DNA of 64,000 nt. Source: Tubulanus polymorphus (Eukaryota > Animalia > Nemertea). The translations under genes and the position numbers were made by a program. Under the pieces are notes generated by a model, which was not told the DNA's origin, searched no databases, and worked only from the letters and a program-made list of their open reading frames with translations. Each line of letters opens with the position of its first letter. Position 1 is the stretch's first letter. The DNA is taken from positions 18,510,150-18,574,149 of the forward strand of contig NC_134026.1 of assembly GCF_964204645.1 (NCBI RefSeq), written 5' to 3'. Shown here one piece after another: positions 12,770-25,745 of the stretch.

Positions 12770-15700
12770 ATGACAGCTGTCAAATTTTGGTCGGAACACT
12801 CGAAAAGCATCGGTGGTTTTTTACTGGACATTAGTGGGGTTTTATACAATTGCGGAGAAGGTTTAGGAACTGTCGTAGATGGTTCAGTTGCAGCTATTGA
12901 CAGGTGACATGCTCTTGGAATTACTTTCACTCTTTAACTTAACTGCAACTGTCTACATTTTACAAGCAAGTTTAACTTATGGAAGTGGATGTTTTGCCAA
13001 TGCGGCATTATTTTAGTAAACACTATTTTGCCAATGGCTGTATATAATTAGATATAGTAATAAAATATAACAATAAAGTCATTATATTGGGTTTAGGGTT
13101 AGGGTTTCAATAACTGTCGTTAACATTCAACGCCAGAAGTGGTCACGTCAATGTAAAGAAACAGAAACAGAAACTTAATTAGGGTCTAGTTAGTTACCTA
13201 ATCGTTGGTGGTAAGCTTTTTATAATCGGATGGGCTTATACCAACGTGAAAATATCCGATCGTAAAACTAGACCAAAGACAGGTAACTGACTAGGTTAGG
13301 GTCTAGATAGTTAGTTACCTAATCGTTGGTGGTAAGCTTTTTATAATCGGATGGGCTTATACCAACGTTAGGGATGACAAGGACCAAAACACGGTTGAAA
13401 AAAGTAACACTTCAAAAATATACTTTCTATTCACTTCAGTCCACAATTAATGGCTTAATTCACAAACTAACACAGCTACCTTTCGAAATAATCCAATTTT
13501 ATGTATGTTTCGAGTGGTTAATCAACATTATTTTGAGAAATTAATTAATTTCTCCACCAATTTCGCCATTGGCCGCCATTTCTTTGTATTGCACATGTGG
13601 CATGATAAGACAGGGGACCTACAAGGATTTATATAAAACTTCCAAGACGAAACGACAATTTTTATTTTTGATGGTTTCCAACTTATATTTCAAATCTTCG
13701 TGTTTTCCATAATAAATAATGAAATAATAAATTCTGGTAAAAGAAAAATGTGAATAAGTGTTGATTTCTTAATATTTTTTTCAATTTCGTCGTTTCGCTT
13801 CGTTAGTTTGTGCTGTTGTCCTGGCCTCAGTCCACAGGTGCCAGCACCTCCAGTAATTTTCAAAATGGCAGCTGTTGACCCGACGGAAATTTACTCTCAC
13901 TTCACGGCCGATTTGCACATGGATTAAGATCGTCAGGTGAGGTGTTATAGGTATCAGACAAACTACGAATCTGTTGTGCGTCGATTACAACAAAAATTAG
14001 ACGGATATCTTAAGAGACAATGAAATGCCAGGCAAATTACTCGTCAGTCAAATTGGCTGACGAAGATTTCATACAAAAATGACCTTCCCATTCCTGACTG
14101 TGGTTTGTGAAAATATCCGATTGTGAAACTAAACCACAGACAGGTTACTGACTAAGGGTCTAGAGGGTCCAGAGGGTTAGGGTTATGATTAGAGGGTGGG
14201 GTTTAGGGTCCGTTTTTACCCCTAGGGATAGGGTTAGGGTTAGGGTAAGGTGAGGCTATATGTAGTGAAAACCTACGGGTGGTTTTGAGTGAGCTCGGTG
14301 GTCTAGTGAAAAGACGTTAGGCTAGAAATCTGCTGGTCTGGGTTCGAATCTCGCTTTATGCTCCTATTTTCTCTAACTCTGTTCTCCACAATTTCTATGT
14401 CGCGCACCTCAGAGCGCATACGCGGAGTCAATTAGCCAATCAGAACGCGCCATCGGCAAAATAGCGTTAACAGGAATAATGCCGCATTGGCAAAATATCA
14501 CCTGCCTTAACTTTTTTCAACTCAAGTCACTTTTAAACTGCTGGAAGGTATGGAAGTAGTGGAAGCCCTGAAAAGACATCTTGAGTTCCTGATTTCCTGA
14601 ATCCTCAAGTTTATGAGTTCCCAAGCAACCCTGCAATAACGAAACGTAAACACGCTGTTTGCTTGGAAAGACCAAATCTCAGGTTCAGACTGAGACATTT
14701 GCCGACGGATACAGTTCCTAGGGTTATTAATGATGTATCTGTGTTTTGAGTGGTTGTTCTGCAATAAATCTGAGAAAAAACGTCTTGCTACTGGTACGTT
14801 TAAAAGATAATAGCAGCCGCTAGCCCCACACATGCTGGCTCCACACACAGCGAAATCACAGAATAATAATATAAAACTTCGTTTTTCCATCTAAAATTAA
14901 AACTTTTATTTTATATGACACCTACTTGTGATGTTACTGTTATAAATCCTATTATTACATCCAACTGTGTGACACTATCACAATTTGTGAAATGTCTTTT
15001 AGTATATAAAGGCGTTTCAACAAATTTGATAGTGTCACATGCTCAAGAAAGAGCATGGTAAGCATGGTAAGTAAATGTGATGAGTACCATACTTGAAAAC
15101 GAGTACATTCGTTGATAAATGCGCAGCTGGGGTACTCTGATCTTCCCTTTCAGTGCTGACTATGTAATAGGCCTACCTGATGATGCTGGAGATAATTTGA
15201 AAATTAAAAAAGCTGCGTCCAGTGTGTTGAATAATGGGCACGCTGCTTCAGTGCGTCTATATCCCGGCACGGTGTATCTTTACTTACTAATATTTCACTG
15301 TTTGACACGTCCTGCCATCTTTCAATAGAGATAAAAACTCCATCACCCATACACCGCACAGCAGTGTAGATGCACTGAAATTCAGGAGGCTATCTGAATC
15401 GAATAAGGAGTTAATCCTTTAGGCTATGTGAAACTGAAGCCCTGACTTTTTAACTGGGCCAATGGTCAGCAACAGGATTGATTGTTCAGTTTCACAAACC
15501 ACCCACTCCTTTAAGCCTATCCAAATAAAGTTGATACCAACAATTAGGTCACTAAGGAATCTCAATCCAATAATCGCCTATAAAGATTTATATTCTTTAT
15601 ATTTTCAGATTAATGTCCGCCAATGTGCCGGTTAGATTCTGCACGAATGAAACTCAATGTACAAGAAGTTATATCGTATCCAAATTGCAACGTCTCGGAT

Positions 15701-18700
15701 TTGAACAGATCAAAGATGCGCTGGTATTTCCACCAGCCCCTGCAGTGTGTAAAGTGTTGAAGGAGCGAGGACTTCGGCCCCATCTATTAGTGCACACAGG
15801 TTTTGAGTTCTTGCATTTCTAAGATTAGGGTCGTTAGCGAGTCTTTAAAAGTTTGAAAGTTCTACACATTTTTGCAAAAGCTCTCACATGCTCACTTTTG
15901 ATAGAAAAAAATTCTCTTCTCACAAAAAGTGCGTCTATTTCACAAAAACAGGTTCTTCAGCATATGTAAAGTTTCCACCAATGGAAACCAGCCATTTAAG
16001 TTAGGTTAGCGGCAGCATGGATCATCAACCAGAATGTCTTTGCATTTTTGGTGCTGCAATATATTGTGATTCTGCTCCTGATTACACTGTGATTTTTGCC
16101 TGTAAATAGCTTGAAAAATGCTCCTTGAGTAGAAAAGTGCTTTGAACTGCTTAGCCTGTTTACGTACTATTACTTATTAAGGATTTCACATTCATTTCGT
16201 AGATGTTGTACCAGACTTTTCTGAGATGGATCAAACTGACCCTAATTGTGTAGTAATTGGTGACGCTGGTGAAATATTTTCTTATGAAAATGTGAATATA
16301 GCCTTTCAAAAGCTCTTATCTATGGAAAAACCAGTGCTGATTACGATGGGAATGGGGTAGGTATAAGGGTATCCTATTCCTCACTTGCCTTAGACATATC
16401 CCTTCATTTTCAAATGTCAAAAGTATTTAGTTCAGCCAATCAAAGGCTTAAAAGCTTTTCGGATTGAGGATACAATGTATACTTGATTTTTACCTTCATG
16501 ACTTAGTCAGTTATGAGATGGTAGTGAGTCGATGACGTCATTTTAGTGTCGCCACTTATAACTTGTTGGTGGGAGTTCAGAGGAAGATTTGTCAAACGAA
16601 TAAATACTTTAATCTTATTAATGCAGAGTGTGGAATTTCTGGTGGCCATCTTGAATTTCTTGTTTGCATGATGCAGCCCGCAATTCTTGATGGATTTCCA
16701 CAAAATTTGGTGTGAGGATCAGAGTAGGTAAGCTGTCCATGCCTTTTGTACATGGAGGTCATCGGCTTTCAAATATGACCGCCAGGTCAGCCATCTTGAA
16801 TTTCTAGCACGAAACGGCCTGCAATTCTTGATACATTTTCATGATACTAGGTGTAAGAATTTCGGTCGGTGAAATGTCTACCCCTTATTGAAAATTGAGT
16901 TCAAGCATGGCCACCAGGGTTGCCATTTCTTTTCAGCACGATGCCTTCACCGATTCTTGATGCATCTTTTCATGTAGTGTGATCTTTGGGGCAGCTTAAA
17001 TGGGCTTGTCTTTTCATGTAAGGATATATTAACCGAAAATGAACATTATTGCCACATAGCCTATACCAGCTTAACTATTTCAAAACTTGTTACATCGTTA
17101 CAATGTAAATCTTTCTGTAAAACTTTGAATACTGAATCATTCTTCTTCTACTGCGTCATGAAGGTAAGGCCCGCGGGCCTCTTGTTGCATTATGAAGTGA
17201 AACAAACCACTGGGGTATTTTGAAGGCGGTTATGCGATACTGTAAACTCTGCCTTATTGGAAATGTTGGAACTTTAAATTTTTGCCAAATTGACCAGATA
17301 CTGAGTTACAAGGAATCAGGAATATTGAATTATTTTTTTTGTGAATAGAGTTTTGGTAGATCACCAACTTGAGCGGTTCTAAGTCAATTTTGAATGAAAT
17401 TTTCAGACTCAAAACTGATAAAGTAAACATTGCTTTCAAAATTGTAGGCTTTCATAACGTATATTTTTACTCCTCACTAACGTATATTTTTACTTATTGG
17501 TTGACAAGAATACATAATATGAAGTGTGTTAGCTTGTTACTTCATCAATACAATTAATACATGTATTATTTCAGAAAATTTTACAAGAGCGATGATAATT
17601 TGAACTTAGACGTTGGTCCATTTGCGAAAGCATTAGAGGTAAGCTTGTGTTATGTATGAAAAAACCTTTTCTCAAGCGCAGATGTTGTTCCCGCTCTACG
17701 TTAGGGCTGTGTCTCTGGACTATTAGTTCTTCCTATAAGATATTTTCTTAAGTATTTTGCCAATTTTCAAGCATAATTTCTTTACTGCCGGGCCGTCGGA
17801 ACAGGAGCGGCTAAAGCCGCCCCACTTTTTTGCTTAACAAACATTTTTTCAAAAGCACGCTGTACCGCGTAGCAGCTTGTTGTTCTCTGTACTAGATGGT
17901 TGGCTCACGACTTCTCATGCTTCTGTGAATGAGACCGTGAAATGGCCCCAAAATGCATCTCCAGCGATTGAATTTTCAAAATTTTTCTAGGGGAAGGCCC
18001 CCAGACCACCCTTCAGAAATAAGCCTCGCCACTGAAAAATTCCTTCCGACGGCTCTGTACTGGTTTATGTACTTTTTTGCAGTATGCTTGTGATATTAAG
18101 TCTGAAGTTGTTGGAAAACCCTCTGAAACATTCTTCCTAACAGCAGTTAAAGACATGAATCTAGAAGCCAATAAGGTAAGTTTTGTGATGGCACTGAATG
18201 ATGATAATCAACTGTCTACATAGACACATTAGCCAGTTGGTGAACCGGATTCACCAGTGGCCTCAACAAGCCACCTGATATTGAATTCGCTTTTGTCTAT
18301 CCATTTGCCCATCAATCTGTAGATGGAATCCAGTTTAGGCAATGGATTGTCTTGGCTTTTGGTTTCTACATGCATCTTTCTTAGACCTGCGTTTGCATAA
18401 CAAAAAAAGATTCTAGATGACTAACTGGTGGTCATAGTTGTTATTGATTTGGCAAAATCAGCACTTTTTACAAAGTTTTCAATGGAAATTTTGAAGACAT
18501 TTGAATTAATTTTCTTGATCTCCTTACGGCTCATCATCTTAAGTCTTAGTCTCATCAGACCTCATAGGTAAAAATGGTTTTGACTTTTAGTCTTGATATT
18601 TTATAATTGTCAGCATCGTTATAGGACACATCTCCTTGCATGAAATAATTAGTTCATCCAGACTTTGTTCTGGGGGCTTCAAATATTGAATAATTATATA

Positions 18701-21700
18701 AAGATTTTCCATGCATACTTTGTAAAATTCTAGCTCATGACAAGTTTTATGATTGTGGGGAGTTTCATCAAGCTCATTGATATCTGTACCGTATTTGTTC
18801 ACTAAGTGGGCATTGGCTTTTTATTTCAGTAACTGTTACCGTAACTGAAGTAAAAAGTCCAATATGGTGCATGGGAAGCGAATGTATGACATTTGTGGAT
18901 TATTTCATAACACTGTGAATTTCAGGTGGTCATGATAGGTGATGATATTGTAAGTGATGTAGGAGGATCGCAAAAGGCTGGATTATTCGGCGTTCAAGTG
19001 CGTACAGGAAAATACAGGTAAATTATTCATTTCTCTTTGATCCAGGTGGCTGCAAATTTTTTGCCCACTTGGGGCTTAGCCCCAGAGTGCTATTGCATTC
19101 ATTTTCTTTCATCCTTAAGCAGAATCTAATTTTCAACACACTTTGGTGTATTGTCTTGATATTTGGTTTATACATGTATCGTGATGTTTGATATCTATAT
19201 ACATGTATCCCCCTTGGGCCCATCATCACGAAAAACGATTTGGTTGATTACAAACAAGGTGCCCCCGTCTTGGTCTAAATTTTGAGGCTGCAGCAGAAAA
19301 AGGGGAAAGATATACTTAACCCAATGATAAAGCCCTGAGAGGTGTTCAGTGGGTTGGGGGCAAAAAACATGCAATACGATTTAGGAACAGGTAGGCCTAC
19401 ACCACAATTATGAAACCCAGTTACTGGGTTTCGACGAGTGTGAGATTTTATCAAGGATATTGATATTTTCAAGTAAGATTGAGAGGGTGAACTGGAATTC
19501 TCAAAGAAAGAATTTCAGCTTTGCGTGGAAGATGTTTGGAAGCCATCTGGACATTCTGACCGGAAGATGGATAACCAAAAAATTCGCTCTGTAAATGAGG
19601 AGTCATTTTGCTTGTGGAATTTAACCTGTTCTAGTTGGTTAATTCAGGTACAGGTGTATGAAAAGCAAAATGGCTTCAGATTTTGAAAGGGGGCTGCAGT
19701 GAGGGAGACAATCACATTTGTTTTGCTCTGACTCCAATTAAACTGCTGTTATTGTTCAATTTTTGCTCATCGATTATTTATGGTAGTGACATAGGCTTTG
19801 TATGTAAATTGTAAATATAGTTTATAGAAATTTTAGATTTTTATTTTAGACCTTGGACGTATAGCCCTATTTTAGACCTTAATTAGAGTATAATCTAGTT
19901 TATACTCCATGTTTAGACCTATGACACTAAATGAAATAGTCAAATTGAGCATATATAGATTTAATAGTTATAATAGTGCATCAAAAAGTGAATTTTGACG
20001 AGTACAATTTAATGATCAGATAAAATTTGTATGAACAGGGTCCCATCTAAGCACTTGTCCGATTGCCCGGGACGAGTATATTCTCATCAGGGCAAGTAGG
20101 TTATCATTATCACTTGTCCCCCGAGCTAGTGCAATTTCATGTCTCAAAGCTTTGTCCTACTCGATACAACGCATGTGAATGCCACCGATCGGAATGCCTG
20201 TGTAGGGCAACTAGCTTATGGAGGGGCAAGCGAAATTTCAGATATGCTTGCCCCGGGCAAGTGGCTTTTATTCCTTAGATCGGACCCTGATGAATAAACC
20301 ATTTTACAGTTGCTAGCCGCCATTTTGTTAGGGTACTTTTGTCCCGTATTGTTGGGTCATTTTTTTCTCTTTTTTAAAAACTATCCGTGATGTGTATTGT
20401 ATCATATTTCATCTGTCGATGGATGGATTTTGACAACTTCAGCAACATTCAAACCGCGTGAATCTCAAGTTTTCAGTTATGTAAAAATCATTTCTCAAAT
20501 TTACAACAATGCGACATGAGAGCGATATAAAAATCGGTGGTCAGTTTTTGCCGTGCGCATAGAAATCCAGGGTACTGAACTTTGAAGTTCGTTATTTTCA
20601 GAAATAATTTTCTAAAAAATCCAAACATTTCAAGCACTGTGCGCATAAACACCCCCTTTCAGGTGAACTTTGAAATTTTAAGATATCTTGCCTAGTTTTT
20701 TTCCTATGGCACTTTAACTGCAGCGCGTGTATTGTCATTCCGAGATTCGGCGCTGTTTTCTTTGCGTGTATTTCTGTATATGGGTGTTATTTCTTCATTT
20801 TCACTACTCTTGTCTCTACGGAAAATGGTTTTAATTGTTGGTACGAGTATCAGGTTTAAATATCACGTCGTTTATGCAATATAATAGATCGAAGACATTA
20901 GAGATGTTGGGGTTGAAGGGATTTTTCTGACCAGTTTTAGCAGCGAGACTGAGCGGCATTTTGATCACGCATTCGAAGTTGCGCGCGGGAGAATATATGG
21001 GCCTATATTGAGATGGAAGAAGAAAAGAAATATAACACTCAAAATCGAGTATGATGACCATTTAAATCAGTAGTCTATCAATAAATTTACATAAAAATCT
21101 GCTGAAATTAGATGGATGGAGAAGTGGTCAAAAAGCTGGACAAATGGAGTGGGGCAAATATTCAGCTACTTTCTATGAATACTTTCTATTAAGTACACTC
21201 AAGATTGATTAGATTGGGAAGAAAATATAGGAAAACGTTTTCTTGTTTTGGTGGTGAAATATCAAGTATCAAGTTCGAATGTCAGACGCAGGTGATAAAA
21301 AGTAAAAAGTGACATCTACCATCACAAAAACGCAAGAAGTGTGTGGATTGCATTTACAACAAAAGAGTGATATTTTGGGTTTTCTTGGGTGCATGTACGT
21401 AAGCCTCTGCCTGCTGTAAAAGCGGCTACCATTACAGCCATTACGAACTAGCGCCGGAGAACGGAATACAGTATTAATGCCGTAATATTTAAACCTGATA
21501 CTCGTACCAACAATTAAAACCATTTTCCGTAGAGACAAGTGTAGTGAAAATGAAGGAATAACACCCATATACTGAAATACATGCAAAGAAAACAGCGCCG
21601 AATCTCGGAATGACAATACACGCGCTGCAGTTAAAGAGCCATAGGAAAAAAACTAGGCAAGATATCTTAAAATTTCAAAGTTCACCTGAAAGTGTGCGTT

Positions 21701-22203
21701 TATGCGCACAGTGCTTGAAATGTTTGGATTTTTTAGAAAATTATTTCTGAAAATAACGAACTTCAAAGTTCAGTACCCTGAATTTCTATGTGCACGGCAA
21801 AAACTGACCACCGATTTTTATATCGCTCAAATGTCGCATTGTTGTAAATTTGAGAAATGATTTTTACATAACTGCGAAAAGTAGAGATTCACGCGGTTTG
21901 AATGTTGCTGAAGTTGTCAAAATCCATCCATCGACAGATGAAATATGATACAATACACATCACGGATAGTTTTTAAAAAAGAGAAAAAAATGACCCAACA
22001 ATACGGGACAAAAGTACCCTAACAAAATGGCGGCTAGCAACTGTAAAATGGTTTATTAAAACTTGACTAATTGAAACCTAATCTTGATATAAGACTGCTA
22101 TTTGTATTTCAGGCCGCAAGATGAAAATCATCCAACTGTGAAACCTCATTGTTACGTGGATAATTTAGCTGAAGCAGTCGATTTATACTTGAAATATAAA
22201 TAA
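12770..22203 (+). CDS. LHPP: Phospholysine phosphohistidine inorganic pyrophosphate phosphatase (HAD IIA), complete 7-exon CDS
   Basis: Phase-compatible GT-AG exons 12770-12903, 15609-15799, 16203-16356, 17575-17638, 18083-18175, 18926-19017, 22113-22203 (TAA). Motifs [73 protein letters not shown]. The DISGV motif favours LHPP over HDHD2. Confidence 0.96.
13187..13293 (+). mobile_element. Internally deleted 107-bp derivative of the Mutator-like element
   Basis: Same left about 60 bp and right about 48 bp as 10699-11546; flanks aattagggtc / ggttagggtc. Confidence 0.75.
13308..14154 (+). mobile_element. Mutator-like non-autonomous element, copy 2
   Basis: Near-identical direct copy of 10699-11546; 10-bp TSD agggtctaga. 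Confidence 0.8.
14291..14365 (+). repeat. tRNA-derived SINE-like head
   Basis: A-box-like tggtctagtg and B-box ggttcgaatc at tRNA-like spacing; no convincing full cloverleaf. Confidence 0.45.
16500..17186 (+). mobile_element. Helentron-associated (HINE-like) non-autonomous element
   Basis: Diverged internal repeats of about 140 bp (gccatcttgaatttct...caattcttgat at about 16645, 16790, 16922) and terminal hairpin aggcccgcgggcct followed by cttgtt. Left boundary uncertain. Confidence 0.5.
17788..18057. mobile_element. hAT-like MITE with 5-bp TSD
   Basis: TIR ccgggccgtcggaa / ttccgacggctctg; tactg on both flanks. Confidence 0.65.
20036..20289. mobile_element. hAT-like MITE with 5-bp TSD
   Basis: TIR cagggtcccatctaag / cttagatcggaccctg; atgaa on both flanks; internal ggcaag/cttgcc motifs. 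Confidence 0.7.
20293..22057. mobile_element. Foldback-type element with about 575-bp near-identical inverted arms
   Basis: 20293 to about 20866 is the reverse complement of about 21481-22057 with few differences; about 610-bp non-coding spacer; TSD ambiguous (possibly TA). Confidence 0.85.
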
Positions 22204-22368
22204 GAAAAAACTATGAAGGCAACTCCGTCGATCTTGGTTGTCTAGACGTCGATCTTGGTTGTCTAGACATCAGCTGCCCATGAAAACAAACTTAAACCTG
22301 GGACATAGAACTGACTAAGATAAAGCAGATGAAGTAGCTGCTAGAACTGTTCACCACCAGAAAATATA

Positions 22369-22845
22369 CAGTAAACCTTGCATATAATGTACCAGATGGG
22401 ACCAGATTTTTGCCGGATATATATGAAATCCATTGTATATCGTGCAATATCTTGCAATATCTTTTATATCAAATTCAAATACATAATCTTTTTTACTGGT
22501 ATGTATTTTTGGTTGTATGTATACAACGTATTTTGTCCTGTATGATGAATGTAGGCCCTACACATAAAGAAGACACAAAATGAAAACGTTTTACATAAAA
22601 TTTGTGTTTGAATTTTAAGAGCTAATCAGAGCTTCAAATGCAGGGCATATATCAAATCTGTACTGATCAGATTTAGGTAGTGTTTTTTTATAAGATTTCC
22701 AAGTAGTTCCTTTCGGTGCGGTGTATGTGAATGTTCCATTTTCAATACTTTGGAATTATAGTTGGACAGTAATGAGACCATTGTTTTCACTACAATATAA
22801 GTGAGTATCCAGTTTATCTGAAGGTGTTTTATGTTAGGTTTACTG
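22369..22845. mobile_element. Tc1/mariner/pogo-type MITE in the probable LHPP 3' UTR
   Basis: TA|cagtaaacct ... aggtttactg|TA; AATAAA motifs downstream at about 22992-23003. Confidence 0.7.
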
Positions 22846-23737
22846 TATCTGTAAGATGCACAGCTCTATAAACGGTTCTAGAAGTTTTAAGAGCAATGGA
22901 CAGTCTGACCTCCATCAGCCCATAGATATCTATAATTGGCTTTTCAGCATTTTATTTGTGAGATAAGTAGTTTACATTTGGTTTATAATATAATAAAAAT
23001 AAATTTACAATGAAACAAGAATTTCGTTTCTCAGAACTTGAGTATAATACCAGTGGGATTATTGCATTGACTTTTCATCCATCATCCGTCTGTTGAAGGA
23101 ATCTAGTTTATTTTTAGGCTACGCAGAAAATTTCTTGCTTTTTATCAGTTTCATTTTCCGCACGTAACAAAAGAATATACCAAAAGGAACGATGCACATG
23201 ATTGCGCACAAAACTTTGTTATATTGAACAGAGAGGAAATTAACTGGGACAACAGTTTATCATGGGGAGAGAAATCAAGGTAACCATTTACACAAGACTG
23301 AGAATTTATTTAAGCCGACTATTTGGTTGTACACAACCCCCTCCCCTTGTGGTATAGCTGTTCACAGTAATTAAAGAATGAATATAAGAAATGATGAATC
23401 AGTTATGTATGCAATCTTCAGGATAGGCCTAATGACTAGATATCATTCATTCATTTTGTGTTGATTTATAGAACGACTTCGATGTTAAAGTAATTTTTAA
23501 GATTAAGATGTAAGTTGAGTTCCAAGCTGTCAATTAAAGAGAAACATGTGCGCGGTGTGTGTGTGCGGTCAGACATGTGCCTCAACTCGACCAATAAATG
23601 CGAGAACCCACTATCAAATGCATCGATCAAAATTACTGGAGACATTTATTAATTCTGTTGATTGTTATCTAACGGGAAACAATGGTAGTCCGGTTGCCAA
23701 TTTTGATTTGGATTTTTAATACATTTTATTCTACCTT

Positions 23738-25320
23738 TTAGGTCTGCTTTTATTTTTCACTGTACATGAAACCATTGGGCAATCTTATCAATTCTTTTAA
23801 TCTTTCTTATCATATGTACGCAGATGATGACCAACTATATAAAGTGGTCCGCCCTGATACCGCTGAGATTTCTGAGGGATTACAGGTTTTGAGTGATGCT
23901 GTGTCTTGTATTGATGAATGGATGACGATAAGAATGCTACAATTAAATCAGCCAAAAACACAGTTTATGCTACTTCATGAGATCCGGTAAAGAAAAAGCT
24001 GCCCGTCAATATATCACTTACAAAAAGTAATCACGCTCTCTATCCTTCCAAGAGTGTAGTCAACCTTGGCGTCATTTTGATGATTCTTTTTAATTGGGCG
24101 AACAAGTAAAGAGTGTGTGTAAGAAAGCAAACTTCCATCTATATTGCTGAAACGAATAGACGTAAACTTTGTTTCGTCGATTCCACGATCAGGAGAAAGG
24201 TGTACTTTCGTGCTGGTGGACCAGTTGATACCGTGCGTATGTTGTAGAGAGACTATTAAAGAGGTGTGCTCTACTATCGGAAGTGATCCTTTGTCGAACG
24301 TCTTTTAAAATCCGAATCCAGACGAGGAGAATACTAACTAGTATATTTTCGATGATCTGACGTGAATATTATTTATTGATGTATGTCAAAGCTCGCGACT
24401 CGCAGGTCGGCCTTTTCGCTATAATATCCGGAGCTCACGACTCGCAGGTCGGCCCTGTTCTGATCTGATCTATCCTGAACTCGACTGAACTGAGCTGGAC
24501 TGGACTTTTTGAACTATCTCAAAAATGTTAAATAGATATTTATAAGTGATGACTAGAGTTGACATAAGCGTAAAACTGACATGTGAGAGAGTGCCAAACT
24601 TACAATATACTATTCAGAACTATGATGATATTAATTATCTTTCTCCAAAGTTGGTAATTACTAAATCAATAGAGTATCTACTTCAATTGTTATTTTACTG
24701 ATAATCATAAGATATACATCTGACATTGAAACTATAGTGTAAAATCCTCATTTCATAACATTGCCTTAGTAAGATACGACGTCTTTAGGATTTTGAAACC
24801 TGTGAACTTTTCTGTCAATTCGCTAGTCATTTCGAGAATTGATTAAGTTAATTCTCTTTAAACTGGATTACCTCTCTCATTACTAAATAAATTGCAGTTA
24901 GTCCAAAATAACGCTGCAAGACTTATTACTAGGACGAAGCGTGGTGAACACATAACTCCCATTTTAAAACAACTCCACTGGCTTCCAGTTCATAAACGTA
25001 TTTAATTTTGAAATATTACTAATGACGTACAAATGTCTAGATAATATAGCGCTTGAATATTTATCTGAACTTTTAACTCCATACATTCCATGCCGTCAAC
25101 TATGCTCAAGTTTGGATAGGTCAATTCTCTGTAAACCAGTTCCTAGGAGGAATATTGGCTCTAAATGTTTTAGCTATACGAGTCCTACTTTATGGAATTC
25201 ATTGCCAAAATCTACTCGTGATAGCAAGTCACTGACAATTTTTAAAAAGAGGCTAAAAACTCACTTTTTTAATGAAACTTATGATTGAAACGTTTTAATT
25301 GAAATGTTGTTTTTCAATTT
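23738..25320 (+). mobile_element. 5'-truncated, decayed CR1/L2-group LINE (RT C-terminal part), split by an insertion
   Basis: YHMYADDDQLY, LQLNQPKTQFML, LQLVQNNAARL, HITPILKQLHWLPV, TLWNSLP, FKKRLKTHFF; frameshifts and stops. Confidence 0.88.
24147..24759. mobile_element. Insertion within the LINE, possibly a solo LTR
   Basis: Interrupts the NFHLY/CLSKIRR frame; attg duplicated at 24143-24146 and 24760-24763; can also be read as TG...CA (24145-24760); internal 22-bp repeat gctc(g/a)cgactcgcaggtcggcc. Confidence 0.5.
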
Positions 25321-25454
25321 CGCTTGAAAGGTGAGAAAAACCGGAGTGGTTGCCTGCCTGATTATTACATTCAGCAGTAAATTTGGCTTTTCTGAGGTAT
25401 TATAAACGAAAGTGTGACTAATACTATAAGTCTACGAGACTGGCCCTCGGGTGT

Positions 25455-25745
25455 CCTTAATTATATCCAAATAAGGGCAATTTTTCTCGCAAATTGTCAC
25501 GAATATTCACGAATTTCAAAAGATACATGTAGAAATTTATCACATGGTTACACAGATAGAATTGTGTGAAAATGCTATATAAGAAATCTCTTCCAGTGAG
25601 ACTGGTAAGAATATGGCGATTGTATTTGGAAGTGTGAAATGCAAATGTAAGTGAAACTGTTACAAGTATTACTATTGTACATTTTGATTTATTAGTAGTT
25701 TACTGATCAGACGAAACCATTTTTGAACCTCTGAATAACTGAACT
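25455..25745 (+). repeat. Interspersed repeat, paralogous to about 27980-28341 (the target site of the hairpin-ended element)
   Basis: Shared blocks caaataagggcaattt, atattcacgaatt, atgtagaaattta, gaattgtgtgaaaatg, agtgagactggtaa, ctgatc(a/g)gacga. Confidence 0.7.

Larger units (their letters stand above)
12981..14506. mobile_element. TIR element containing TTAGGG-like repeats and a tRNA-like segment; host of two nested Mutator-like insertions
   Basis: About 55-bp imperfect TIRs (ttttgccaatgcggcattatt... / ...aataatgccgcattggcaaaa), GG...CC ends, flanks ttat/ttaa; ttaggg runs at about 13092-13104 and 14172-14245. Confidence 0.65.

Noticed and set aside
13088-14250. Telomere or chromosome-fusion scar
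   Set aside because: Only a few degenerate TTAGGG units, in one orientation, inside a TIR element within an intron.
14291-14365. Functional tRNA gene (also considered for the B-boxes at 12448, 12621, about 10640 and about 11742)
   Set aside because: A/B-box-like motifs are present but I could not build a complete cloverleaf.
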